Of a stretch of 64,000 nucleotides of DNA, positions 47,945-60,082 are shown piece by piece. The translations under genes were made by a program, and so were the position numbers. Below the pieces are notes generated by a model that had not been told where the DNA came from, did not search any database, and saw only the letters and a program-made list of their open reading frames with translations. Numbering within the stretch: the first letter of the stretch is position 1; every line of letters begins with the position of its first letter. This DNA is from Glaucostegus cemiculus (lineage: Eukaryota), in the NCBI GenBank assembly GCA_976551045.1, contig CDPCPM010000029.1, positions 8,990,001 to 9,054,000 on the forward strand. The letters are read 5' to 3'.

Positions 47945-48600
47945 CCACTTGTTCCTTATTTGTGGTTGGATGAAGAACCTTGATAACAATGGTTAACATT
48001 ATCAAAGGAAGACAAAACTTTTCACACTCCTATAGCTAGAATTTCATGGTACTTGCAGTTGTCAAGATTATACTTGCTTTTGTTTTCACTGTGGCAGACT
48101 ACATGCAGAAAAGCACTGAAGATCATTGTCACTTTTCCTAACTTTCAGCCCACAATTGATTCAAGAAGGTAACTGATGCATATATTTTCCCAGGGCTGGA
48201 ATTTCATTACATTTCCTATGGAAAGAATCCAGCAGCAAGAAAGGAACCAGCAATTCCATTGTGCAGCAGGATTCCCTAAAGCATACATGACATAATTAAC
48301 TTTACTCTTGGCCATTCATGTCCCTGCCCCAGAGGCACTATTATTCATGAACTGAGAAAGGAACCAGTCTCTCGATATATAATCTTCAGATCCCAGGCAC
48401 CAACTCATGGACACAAACAACAATTACCCTGGCAGCATCTAGGATTTATTCATTGTGCAAATGTCAGCACTGGCATCATTTGATATACCCTTCAACAGTG
48501 GCTCAGGACTCCAGTGGAGTATCTAAAAACAAGAACTAAAAGGTGATGCAAAGCAACATGTACAGCCATTAAGGCTAGATTTGAATGGATCTTTGGCACC
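47945..48600 (+). pseudogene. Decayed PIF/Harbinger (HARBI1-like DDE) transposase
   Basis: YLWLDEEP**QWLTLSKE; LAVVKIILAFVFTVADYMQKSTEDHCHFS*LSAHN*FKKVTDA; FITFPME..FHCAAGFPKA; FMN*ERNQSLDI*; NYPGSI*DLFIVQMS; YTLQQWLRTPV..AIKARFEWIFG, all in Harbinger transposase order. Confidence 0.85.
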
Positions 48601-49037
48601 ACAAACAATAATCCAATTTTTAAAACTTCTTTCGCTTGCAGTCCTTCAAGAGGCATATCTTTCATGTCATCCTTTCTGAAACAATATCTGAATCCTATGG
48701 ACGCCACAGAACTATTGCACAAATTTGATGTTGAGCATACTTTGCGTTTCTCTGATAATGGGCACCAGAAGCCAACAGTGTGATTAGTGGCTGCTGCAGG
48801 TCACTAAGGGAATGATAATTACATGATGGATTAGGTCTATGGAGAGCATGAAGCACAGAAATCTTCCGTCATTCTCCTGTGATTGCTATCCCCGCTCCAA
48901 AACACTTTACCTGTGGCTCAGCTGATGAGGTGAATCTTCAGAAATTCAGAAATTCTCCTAAATCTCGTCCCCGAACAGGTAGAACAGTGTTACTGATTGT
49001 ATCCAGAAAAGGTCTTTTTTCTAAATGTCAGGTAAAA

Positions 49038-49480
49038 GAAAGACTTGCATTTATATCTTTCACTTCTCCTTCAAAATATCCCACAACACCTTACAGCCAA
49101 TGAAATAATTTTGAATGTAGTTGTTGTTAGGATATAGGAATCAGAGAGCATATGCAAAATATGAGCTATTAGGTAATGACTAAATCATGTATCTTAGAAA
49201 TGTTAATTGAAGGATAAATAATGGCCAGAACATTAGCAGAAATCTCCCTGCTCTTCTTTGAAGTTTTATCATATGATCTTTTATGTTGACCTAAGTGAGG
49301 AGATTGTCCTCTGTTTAAGATTTCATGCAAAGGAAAGCATGTCCCATAGCAATGCAATCACTCAGTATTGCATTGATATGTGAGAGCAGATTCTTATGCC
49401 AATTTTCCAGAGTAAGACTTGAGCAGACAATCTTTAAAGCTAGAGGCAGAGTGGAATGCTCCCAATTGAGCCACAGATGA
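49038..49480 (-). mobile_element. Near full-length Deu-domain SINE (SacSINE1/AmnSINE1-like)
   Basis: Reverse-strand layout: tail AAGACTTGCATTTATAT, Deu core GGATAAATAATGGCCAGAAC..CCCTGCTCTTCTTTGAA..GATCTTTTATG, head GACTTGAGC..AATTGAGCCACAG. Confidence 0.75.
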
Positions 49481-51056
49481 TATGTAAATGACTTTGGACA
49501 AACATTAAGAATGTGCCTGGTGTATCCAACCAAGTAAAAATATCTGCCTGAAGTGCTAGGTGGGAACTAGAAGAAATTCAATGAAATAGGGCACAAAAGA
49601 GAGGGCATAACATCTCTATGTAAAGAGAATATTATAGATAGAGGATGTATTTAACTTTCCAATGATACAATTCTGTATCATTGTATCATAAGTAAATGAA
49701 AGTAGTTACATTAACTTACATGATGTCAAATTGCACCAGTCCGTCTTAATATACATGCAAGGAATATATAATGCAGTTGTTTTTACGTTTGTATTGTTAA
49801 AACACGAGTCAAATAAAAATAACATTTCTAGTCAAATTAGTTAATGTAATGGTAGGTGACACATTTGTCCTTATGAGTACACACTGTTCTTATACTTGAG
49901 TGCTAAATTGCCATTGTACAACAAGCCATGAAGTTAAATAGGTGGATGGCCTTCCCACAAATGTCTTTGCAGCACATAAGGCAATTAATAGCAAGAGAAG
50001 TTATGAAAGACACTGGTTCTCAGGAGGCTGCAAAGGACCATGAACCACCTGGTAAGTAGCATTGTAATCATATATTGTATGTCTGCACCACATGTTATAA
50101 CAATCTTTCCAAACGCTGATTGTACTCAAGTGCTTCTTACTTAATGTAATGAGAATGCAATACCCAAATGAATGGGTATACTCAGGTACTAATAATGCCC
50201 CATCTGCTGTCTTCACAGAGAATAATGAAGCCAATGTTCTCCAGGGCACAGACATAAAAGAGTGATCATCACATGTCCATGCTTAAATCATTGAGAACTT
50301 CGACACATACACTTCGGGCCAAAGTTAAATGCTCAAAACAAGACTCGCATGGAATGCTAAAATCTAATTAATATTAAACCAATGAAGCCACATTCACATT
50401 TTTAATGGTGGTGGGATGGAAGGGGCCAACCAACCTGCTTCCAGAAGGTGAATTATTTATTTGCTCTGATAAAAAAATGTACAAGAAATGAGACAGACTA
50501 GAATTTCTTATATAGTGATGAACTACCTTAGGTTGAGAGATCGCTGCAACTTAACAACTGCTAATACAACCTCTGATATCTCCTCTCTGTTATGAGCTTA
50601 ACCCACATGTTTATGGCAGTCATGGAGATTAGTTTGATGTTGATTCAGTAATGTATATCATTTGGTGATTGTCTGGATCACCCTTTCCCAGCTTCAGTGC
50701 CCTTGAGGTTGATAGGCTGTCTTTTAAGATCAAACTATATAAGATGTTATCAGTTGTCTCTCTAACTGCCCCTTAAATCTCCAACTAAATATTGTGTTCT
50801 CCCCATCCACATAACTACATACTACACCTGTAACTTGTTAAGTCTACGGATGATTTGACCTTTGAGTGTGTAAGATATATCTGGAACTATGTCTCCTTTC
50901 TGCCTTCTGTCAGCCTGACATCTGTTTAGCTCAATTTCAATAAATTACAGAGCTCCACTAAGTTACCCTCCACGTGAGAAAATACATTAGGTGACTCTTC
51001 ACGTTTGTCTACCTACAACCAGTTTCAAACTCCTCCACACCTATGATCTTTTCATT

Positions 51057-51295
51057 GGGACATAAGAAGGACTGTAGATGCTGGAGCATGGAACAACACA
51101 CAAGATGCTGGAGGAATTCAACAGGTCAGGCAGCATCTATGGAGGGAAAGGGTTACTTGACATTTCAGAACGAGACCCTTTATCTGGACTGAAATTCCAG
51201 ATGAAGGGTCTTGAACCAAAAGGTCGACCGTCCGTTTTCCTCCATAGATGCTGCCTGAACCGTTGAGTTCCTCCAGCATTTTGTATGATTGTTTC
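51057..51295. mobile_element. Penelope-derived foldback element with two inverted decayed hammerhead motifs
   Basis: Arms ATGCTGGAGGAATTCAACAGGTCAGGCAGCATCTATGGAGG / CCTCCATAGATGCTGCCTGAACCGTTGAGTTCCTCCAGCAT; centre GAGACCCTTTATCTGG..CCAGATGAAGGGTCTT. Confidence 0.85.
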
Positions 51296-51400
51296 ATCTT
51301 TATCAGGTTTCTTTGTTGTAAGCTCGTGAGTTAACTGGTAACCTATCATAAAGAAAAGTCACTCTGTTGGAAGGTTAACTATTTTAATGCAAAGAAAATG

Positions 51401-51565
51401 GAACATACAACATAGAACAGTGCAACACAGGAACAGATCCTTCACCCCACAATGTCCATGCCAACCATGACACCAATTTAAACAAATCCAATCTGCCTGC
51501 ACATGGTCTATATCCCTCCATTCTCTGCCTGTTCATGTCCCTGTCTAAATGCCTCTTAAATGTCG
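51401..51565 (-). mobile_element. CR1 3' UTR fragment
   Basis: GAACATACAACATAGAACAGTGCAACACAGGAACAG; similar to 6184-6330. Confidence 0.85.
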
Positions 51566-52181
51566 GCTAGACTTTGATGGAAAAAAGACCTGGTGAAGGC
51601 AAGATTATTATTTTTTGTAGATTTTGTAAGTCTTTTGGATTCTGGAGCACAGTAGTTCAGAGCAAATGGAGAGTTAAACTTCAGCTAACATATGCCAGCT
51701 CCTCTCCCTTTTCTTTCCACAGTATGATGTTCTCAGCAGTTCCTTACAGAGTTCTTTTGTTCCTCATGGCATACTGGGATATTTGGTCAATTTCTATGTG
51801 TTTAATCTCTCAGTGTTTACCTCCCAAGATCCTTTAATTTTGCTTCAATTAAATGCATTCTTGCTGTACGTCTCCCTGCACGTTGAATTAATTGACGAAC
51901 AAATGATAATTATTTTATGGTGCCAAAGAGAAGCTCTTGCTGGGCTATTGAAGTACAAAAAGAAAAAGGGCATTACAAAACATTAACTACCACACTTCAC
52001 CACTTCCCTTCGACCACAATATCAAATGGAGCACTTACATCAGGATGATGCAACTAGATTTTAACACTTGTAGCTATTCATTTTAGTTTGCTATGTTAGT
52101 TGCTGTTCTGCTGTAGCAGGACATAGCCAGTGTTGATTACTGCTCCTAGATCTTCACCTTACTACCATTAATGAATCCTTT

Positions 52182-53564
52182 AGAATCAGAATCAGATTTA
52201 TTATCACTGACATATGACGTGAAATTTGTTGTTTTGCAGCAGCAGTATAGTACAAAGGCTTAAAAATTTATAAATTAGAAAAATAAATAAGTAATACAAA
52301 AAAAGGAAAAATGAGGTAGTATTCATGGGTTCATCGATCGTTCAGAAATCTGATGGTGGAGGGGAAGAAGCTGTTCCTGAATCATTGAGTTTGGGTTTTC
52401 AGGCTCCTGTACCTCCTCCCTGATGATAGTAACAAGAAGAGGGCATGTCCCAGGTGGTGGGGGTTCTTAATGATGGATGCTCCATTTGATCTTGAGGCAC
52501 TTTCTCTTGATGATGTCCTCGATGGTGGGGAGGGTTGTGTCCATGATGGTGCTGGCTGAGTCTATAACCTTCTGCAGCCTCTTGTCATCCTGTGCATTGG
52601 AGTCTCCATACCAGGTGGTGATGCAACCAATCAGGATGCTCTCCACTGTACATCTATAAAAATGTGCAAGAGTTTTCGTTGACATACTAAATCTCCTCAA
52701 ACCCCTAACAAAGTAGAGTTGCTGGCGTGCCTTCTTCATAATTGCATCAATGTGTTGGGCCCAGGATAGATCCTTTGAGATGTTGATGCCCAGGAACTTA
52801 AAGCTGTTCACCCTTTCCATCACTAACCCCTCAACGAGGACTGGAGTGTTTACTCCTGACCTCCCCTTCCTGAAATCCACAATCAGTTCCTTGGTCTTGC
52901 TGATGCTGAGTGCGAGGTTGTTGTTGTGACACCACTCAACCAGCCAATCTGTCTCACTCCTGTGGTGTCATTGGTGAATTTAAAATTGTATTTGAGCTGT
53001 GCTTAGCTACACGGTCATGAGTATAGAGAGAGTAGAGCAGTAGGCTAAGCACACATCCTTGAGGAGCGCCTGTGCTGATAGTCAGCGAGGAGGAGATGTT
53101 ATTGCCAATCAGCACTGACTTTGTTCTTCCTATAAGGAAGTTGAGAATCCAGTTGCAGGGGAAGGTACAGAAGCCCAGGTTTGGAGGCTTGGTTACTAGT
53201 ACTGAGGGAATGATGTGTTGAGTGCTGAGCTGTAATCGATAAACAATAGCCTGACGTGTGCTTTGCGATTATCTTTGTGCTCCAAAGCAGAGTAGGGAGC
53301 CAGTGAGATTGCATCTGCTGTAGACCTGTTGTGGCAGTAGGTAAGTTGTAGCAGGCCCAGATCCTTGCTCAAGCAGGAGTTAATTCTGGCCACAACCAAC
53401 CTCTGAAAGCATTTCATTATGATAGATCTGAGTGCTACTGGGCAATAGTCATTGAGACAGCTCATCCTGCTCTTCTTGGGCACTGGAATGATTGCTGCCC
53501 TTCTGAAGCAAGTGGAAAACTCAGACTGCAGCAGTGAGAGGTTGAAGATGTCCTTGTATACTCC
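52182..53564 (-). mobile_element. 5'-truncated Rex1/Babar LINE (second subfamily) with 8-bp TSD
   Basis: ORFs 53196..53483, 53099..53314, 52467..52880 (Rex1 RT); tail AATAAATCTGATTCTGATTCT; TSD AATCCTTT at 52174-52181 and 53565-53572. Confidence 0.95.
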
Positions 53565-54313
53565 AATCCTTTCAGTTATTCTGCAAGGTCATGGCTGATT
53601 CTTCAGGCTTCATTGACTCAAGAACCACACTTAACATCAAACCACCCCTTCCCCCACTACAAAATCCCTGTTATGGTTTAATAACTTTCAAATTTTATCA
53701 AGTTCAATTAGAGTTAATTTCCATGAAGATTCTCCAGCTCCACCACACTTTGATTGAAAGTGCTTGTTTTCCTTGCGCCTATTAATAAAGAGCCTTAGGA
53801 TGTTCCATACCTCAATGGCATTGCTTTAAGAGCCATTTTGCTCTACTGAAAAATGTCTTCATTACCCTTTATTGCACTTTATTTCCAAAAGGGTTACTGG
53901 CAATAAGTATATCGACTATACTCTTCAATGAAACTATTAATAAAAGTAAATAACTTTTTTAGACCAATAATTCTACCAATGTAAAAAAAATACCCTGAGA
54001 TGTAGCAATGCTAAGATGTTGAACACGGGGACCTTTGAAATACCTTTCCTATTATAATAGATCATTGCTACTTAACCACTTGTGGTGTCTCTGAGTTGAT
54101 AATCTCCACTTGTTGACATGTTAATTTTATAATTAATAGAGGATCATTCTTTTATGTCAGCCATAATAACTCATGTGGATATGAGTATCCTGTGAGGGTG
54201 AAGTAATATTAGAGTGTTTTAATGAATCATCCTCTTTTACAATTTTGAAAACAAAACAAAATCAAAGTGGAGATGCTGAAAACCTGAAATAAAACCAGTT
54301 AATGCGGCAAACA

Positions 54314-55569
54314 TTATGCGGCAACAGCTTATCAGGAAGTTGAGCGCTCTGGGCATTAACTCTCCTCTCTGCAACTGGATACTGGATTTTCTAACTTGCA
54401 GGCCGCAGTCAGTCAAAATTGGCGAAAACACCTCAAGCACCATCACACTGAGCACTGGCTCCCCTCAGGGTTGTGTGCTCAGTCGGCTCCTGTTCACCTT
54501 GTTGACCCTCGACTGTGAGGCCAGATTCAGCTCCAACCGCATTGTTAAATTTGCCGATGACACAACAGTGATGGGTCTTGTCACGAATGACGATGAGTCG
54601 GACTACAGAGAGGAGGTGAAACAACTAGCCGTGTGGTGCCATGACAACAACCTCTCCTTGAATGTGGATAAAACCAAGGAGATGATAATGGATTTTAGGA
54701 GGGGTCACCGTGTGCACGCCCCGCTGACCATCAACGGGTCTGCTGTGGAACAAATACGCAGCACCAAGTTCCTGGGGGTGCACATCACCGACGACCTGAC
54801 CTGGTCCACTAACATTACGGCCCTCACGAAGAAGCCTCAGAACGCCTCTACTTCCTGCGGAGACTGAGGAAAGCGTACCCCCATCCCTCCGTCATGAAAT
54901 CCTTCTACAGGGGGACCATTGAGAGCATCCTAACTCAATGTATCACTGTTTGGTTTGGAAGCTGCTCAGCTACTGGGCGGAAGTCCCTCCAGAAGATAGT
55001 TAGGGCTGCGGAGTGGATCATAGGTGTCTCGCTTCCATCCCTCGCAGACATTACAAAGACCGTTGTGTGAGGAAGACCAAAAGCATAATGGCTGACCCTT
55101 CTCACCCCTCCCACCACCTCTTCACAATTTTGCCATCAGGGAGGAGGCTTAAATGTATCAGGGCAAGAACGACCAGGTTGAACAATAGCTTCTTTCCGCA
55201 AGCCATCAGAACTGCAAACTCTCTCATCCCTCCATCTTCCTTTGTTAACACTAAGAGATGCTAGGTGCACAGAAATGCACCAGCACTTTAAATGCCCGAC
55301 ATCAGCCCGTTCACTTTAATAACTATTTACTTATTTACTGGCCATTTTTAATTTAATCTGCGTAATAATTTAATTTCAACCTCCATAGCTTCTAATGTGT
55401 AATGTTTTGTACTGTGTATTCTGTCAAGTATGTATGTGTGTCTCTGTTGGTTGTTATGTTATTTTTATGGGACGAGCACCTGAGGAGGACGGTATCTCGC
55501 TCCTATGCATACTATGTATGTATATGGTTGTGACAATAAAACTGATTCTGATTCTGATTCTGATTCTGA
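54314..55569 (+). mobile_element. Young 5'-truncated Rex1/Babar LINE inserted in a Penelope-derived arm
   Basis: ORF 54316..54867 ([16 protein letters not shown]), frameshifted C-terminus, (GATTCT)n tail; probable TSD AAACA (54309-54313, 55570-55574); host arm at ~54265-54313 resumes at 55575-55650. Confidence 0.97.
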
Positions 55570-56089
55570 AAACAATCAGCAGTTCAGGCAGCATCTGTGG
55601 AAAGAGAAATAGAGTCAACATTTTAGGTTGAAGACCCTAATTTAGAATAAAAAAAAAAGAAAGGAAATTAGTATTATGTTTCAAAGAAGGTTGTGGGAGC
55701 ACAGATAGGACAAAGGGAAAATCCCTACAGTGTTGCTGTAGAGATAAGTTGTATGGGTTTGCTGCTCAAATGGGTTGATAGATTAATTAGGTAGATCTCA
55801 GTCCAGGTTCTCCAAATGAAATGATTTTAAATCCAGATGGGGATCTTAACCCATGGGATCAGCAACATGGAAGTTGTGAGGGCAATAGGTATGTCACAGA
55901 TGTGAGTGAGAAAAGGTTGGACAAGGAGAGAATGGATACAGGCAAGGTAGGAATAAATACATTCTGTGGCACTTAACCAATGGGTCCACAAAGACATTTG
56001 TAATTGGTATTTCTTAGGAGGCAGGGTGGGGGGAGGTTGTGAAGCAAGGAACAGATTATTTATCTTGGTTATCTCCTAGTTCCAGTTAA

Positions 56090-56270
56090 CATCAACTAGC
56101 CTTCTATATACTGGCTATCTTCCTTCTACACTCTCACTCCTGATGCAAGGTCTCAACCAAAAATGTTGATCATCCCTTTGCCTCCACAGATGCTGCTTGA
56201 CCCGAGGAATTCTTCTGGCAGCATGATTTTGCTCCAGATTCCAGCATCTGCAGTCTCTTGTGTCTCCAGG
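56090..56270 (+). mobile_element. Penelope-derived right arm
   Basis: CCTGATGCAAGGTCTCAACCAAAAATGTTGAT..CAGATGCTGCTTGACC..GCTCCAGATTCCAGCATCTGCAGTCTCTTGTGTCTC. Confidence 0.8.
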
Positions 56271-56462
56271 TTATTTATCTTGTTTCTGAAACCTTTTGGT
56301 ACAATTGACTTTTAACTTCCCCCATATAACAATGACAACATTTTGACGAATGTTTAATTTACTGAAAGTATTTTGGGATATTCTGAGATCATTAAAAGAT
56401 ATCTATGAATTCCTTCTTAATGATGCAGCTCCCCTCTGTTCATTCTTATCCATCAAAGAACA

Positions 56463-57870
56463 AATAGAATATGGAACATAGAACATTGCAGCAGAGTACA
56501 GGCCCTTCAGCCCACGGTGTTGTGCCGACATTTTTCTTGCTCTAAGATCTATCTATCCTTCAACCCCACATAGCCCTATGTTTTTTCTATCATTCGTGTG
56601 GCTATCTAAAAGTCTCTTAAATGTCCCTAATGTATCAGCCCCACAACCTCTGCTAGCAGTGCAAGCTATGCACCCACCACTCTCTATGTAAAAAACTTAG
56701 CTCTGACAACCCCTTATACCTTCCTCCAATCACCTTAAAATTATGGCCTCGCATGTTAGCCATTTTCGCCCTGGGAATATGTCTCTGACTGTCCACTCGA
56801 TTTATACTCATCATCTTGTACACCTCTATCAAGTCACTTCTCATCCTCCTTCTCTCCAAAGAGAAAAGTCCTAACTCACTTAACCTATCCTCATAAGACA
56901 TGCTGTCCAATTCAGGCAGCATCCTGGCAAATCTCCTCTGCACCCTCTCTAAAGCTTCCATATCCTTCCTATAATGAGGCAATCAGAACTGAACAAAATA
57001 CTCCAAGTGTGGTCTAAGCAGAGCTTTATAGAGTTGCAACATTACCTCGTGGCTCTTGAACTCAATACCCAACTAATGAAGGACAACACACCATACGCCT
57101 TCGTAACAACGCTATTGACCTGCGCTACAACCTTGAGGGATCTATGGACATGGACCTCAAGATCCCTCTGTTTTTCCATACTGCTAAGAGTCCTGCCATT
57201 AACCTTGTATTCTGCCTTCAAATTCGATCATCCAAAGTGTATCACTTCACACTTTTCTGAGTTGAACTCCATCTGGCACTTCTCATCCCAGCTCTGCATC
57301 TCATCAATGTCCTGTTGTAACCTACGGCAACCTTCTACACTATCCATAACACCACCAACCTTTGTGTCATCAGCAAACTTACTAACCCACCCTTGCACAT
57401 CCTCATCCAAGTCATTTATAAATAGCCATTTATAGTAGTGTTCCACAGGGATCCCAGAACAGATCCCTGTGGAACACCACTGGTCACTGACCTTCAGAGA
57501 GAATACGCTCCATCTATCACCACCCTCTGGGTGAGCTAATTCATCCCCCCCAAATAGCATCCAAAGCAGTATGCCTGTTATTGAGGGGAACAGCCACAGG
57601 GGTACTCTGCTCTACCTGACTACTCTCCTTCCTTCTCCTGATAGTCACCCAGCTACCTGCCTCCTGCAGCTTAGGAATGACTGCCTCCCTGTGGCTCCTA
57701 TCTATGAACTCCTTGTTATCCTGTAGGAGCCGAAGGTCATCTAGCTGCAGTTCCATTTCCTCAGCATGGTCTGTAAGGAGCTGCAGCTGGATGCACCTCG
57801 TGCAGATGTAGTTGTCAGGGAGACTGGAGGTCTCCCAGAACTCCCACTTCTCACAAGATGAACACAAAAT
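56463..57870 (-). mobile_element. Internally deleted CR1: ORF1 zinc finger/coiled coil joined to RT C-terminus and 3' UTR
   Basis: ORF 57541..57867 (CSSCEKWE..CTRCIQLQLL..VPLNNR) abuts ORF 57228..57560 (INDLDE..SKFADDTK) and 56653..56982; CR1 tail at ~56465. Confidence 0.92.
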
Positions 57871-60082
57871 GAAAGGGAGGACAAGGTAATCTGCTATTTG
57901 GTTGTGTTAAGATTATACAATTAAGTTAACAATATTCAGTGTGAACAATTTAAGTACATTAATTACATCTTTTTGTCCTCCCTTTGAAGTCTCAATATAA
58001 AAAAAAGATTCGCCTTCACTGCTTTTGAATGGAACTTTACCTTGGAAAATATTTGCTCACTTTCTTAGATGGCAAAATGCCAACATGGAGCCATTAATTC
58101 TGCTCAATTTCCCTGCCGACTTAAAATTGACTTCTGAGTTCAGTTCAATGAACTACCTATGAACATGTATTCAAAAGCTCTCAAGTAGATCTCAAGGAGC
58201 AAAGATTACAGACAATTTATGAGGCTTTAATAACATTGAGGTATTTTAGTTAGAAATTTTGCAAATAAAAACATAAATAAAACAAAAATATAGTCAGTAT
58301 TCTAGTTTCCCCAGGACAGCCTCACTTTCTTAAAAGGAGGCTCCTATGAAGTCAAGGGTTGCTTATGGATGAGGTAAATGTTGAAGTGTCACATAGTTCT
58401 ACAAATGTGAACAAATGAGTACCTCATTCAGAAAGATTGGGATCTGCTTTTCTTGTCCACAGAACTGTCCTTCAAGGGAACTGTGCGGAATCGCCAGCAC
58501 TTCTCCATCTCAATGACCAGACCTGTTTTGATTGTGATACACCAAATGAGCAAAGCTCCTATTCCATGTTGTATGTCAACTAAAATATTTGAAAACTGAC
58601 AGCTCGATTTAATGATTTTTGCCAAATGTTCTGAATCACCCGTTTGGCCTGTCTCCATTCAGGTATCACATAAGTGATCAAATATTGCACTCTGACAAAT
58701 TAAGTAATTTTCTGCCTTGCTTAATATTAGCCAGAAAGTAAAATTTACCTGATAAATCATACAAAATATTGAGCTAGAACCTCAGTTACAATGTCTGAGA
58801 GCATCTAACAAAGATAATATTGCTTATGAAGAATTAACTTCAGTTAATCATGATAGATTCATGCTGCGCTGTTACCTGCTGTTTTATTCACCTCTGTACA
58901 GTCAGTCTAATGAAGTGAAATGCCAACTAATACTCTAGCATGCTGATGACCAATGACAGATTTCTCCCCTTCAAACTGACACATGTTAACAAATTAGTTT
59001 GAATGTTCTCCATTCTTTTGAAAGGGTATAAAGGATCTCAACTTAACATTTTTGTTACATTGAACAATGAAGCACTACCTTACTGCTATGCCTGAATGCC
59101 ACCCTGGATTTCAGTGTTCAAGGCCTAGAGTAAGATTCAAAAGTTAAGGAATGATGGCATGTTACAACTGAGCTGAGTCAAACTATGAATTTACTCACAG
59201 TGATTAAGTGCTGGCAACATGCAAAGTACAAACTTGCATAGTATGATGACAAGAAATGTGTGCTTGCTCCTAAAAGCAATGAGCCTGATTACAGTCTCTT
59301 TACTAATCAGATTCTAACACAGTTCAAGGTTTCAATTTTATTTCAATCAGGATAAAACGGTTTCTACAATTTCACAATTCAGTTTTCTCTCTTTATTTGT
59401 ACAAAGGCCATGCTTTAAATCTCTTTGGATGAAATGGATGTAGCCCAAAGCTAATTCCAGGCAGACCTAAAGTCAGTTATTTTTTCATGTTGTAGTAATC
59501 TACAGGAGGACTTGTTCACACTTCCAAAATCATTAGTGATGGGCATTAGGTGCTGGTATTTCCGTCCAAAGGAAGAATTAAAAAAAAGTCATTAGAACGT
59601 CCAAGACATATTGCCCTTTGCCAATGTTTATTGAAAATTCAGCCAATATGCTGAATATTGGAATTTAACTTTAATGATTTAAATGTCTGGAAAATCACCA
59701 GCAGTACGTGGGTGAATTTTTGACATGATTTGCTGGTGAGCTTGGACTCCTTAGCAATGCAAACCTGAAAAATTACTTCTTACACATTTGATTCTTTTCC
59801 TGGGCTTCCTTGTTTCATTCATCCATTATTATAAATTTGAAAGTTTTGTTTGCTCCTTGATTTATCTAATTTATGCAGAAACAGAAATCTGCAGTCCCAC
59901 TAGAGCTTCTCAATACAAAAAGGCATTTTCACAAATCACAATAACATTAATTTTAATTTTCTTCATTGAAATGGTAATAGCTCAGTCCTTATTATGGAAC
60001 AACATCAACCAAGTAATCAAAGATTTTACGATAATTTAGTCAGCCCAGACTTAACTCATTAGAATTATAGAACTTTGCAGAT

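Noticed and set aside
48922-48944. Hammerhead-like CTGATGA...GAAA
   Set aside because: Stem II closing pair is G/A and no convincing stems I/III were found.
50588-51016. LTR-like stretch (TGTTATG start, TATATAAG, AATAAA)
   Set aside because: No matching inverted terminus or TSD found; left uncalled.
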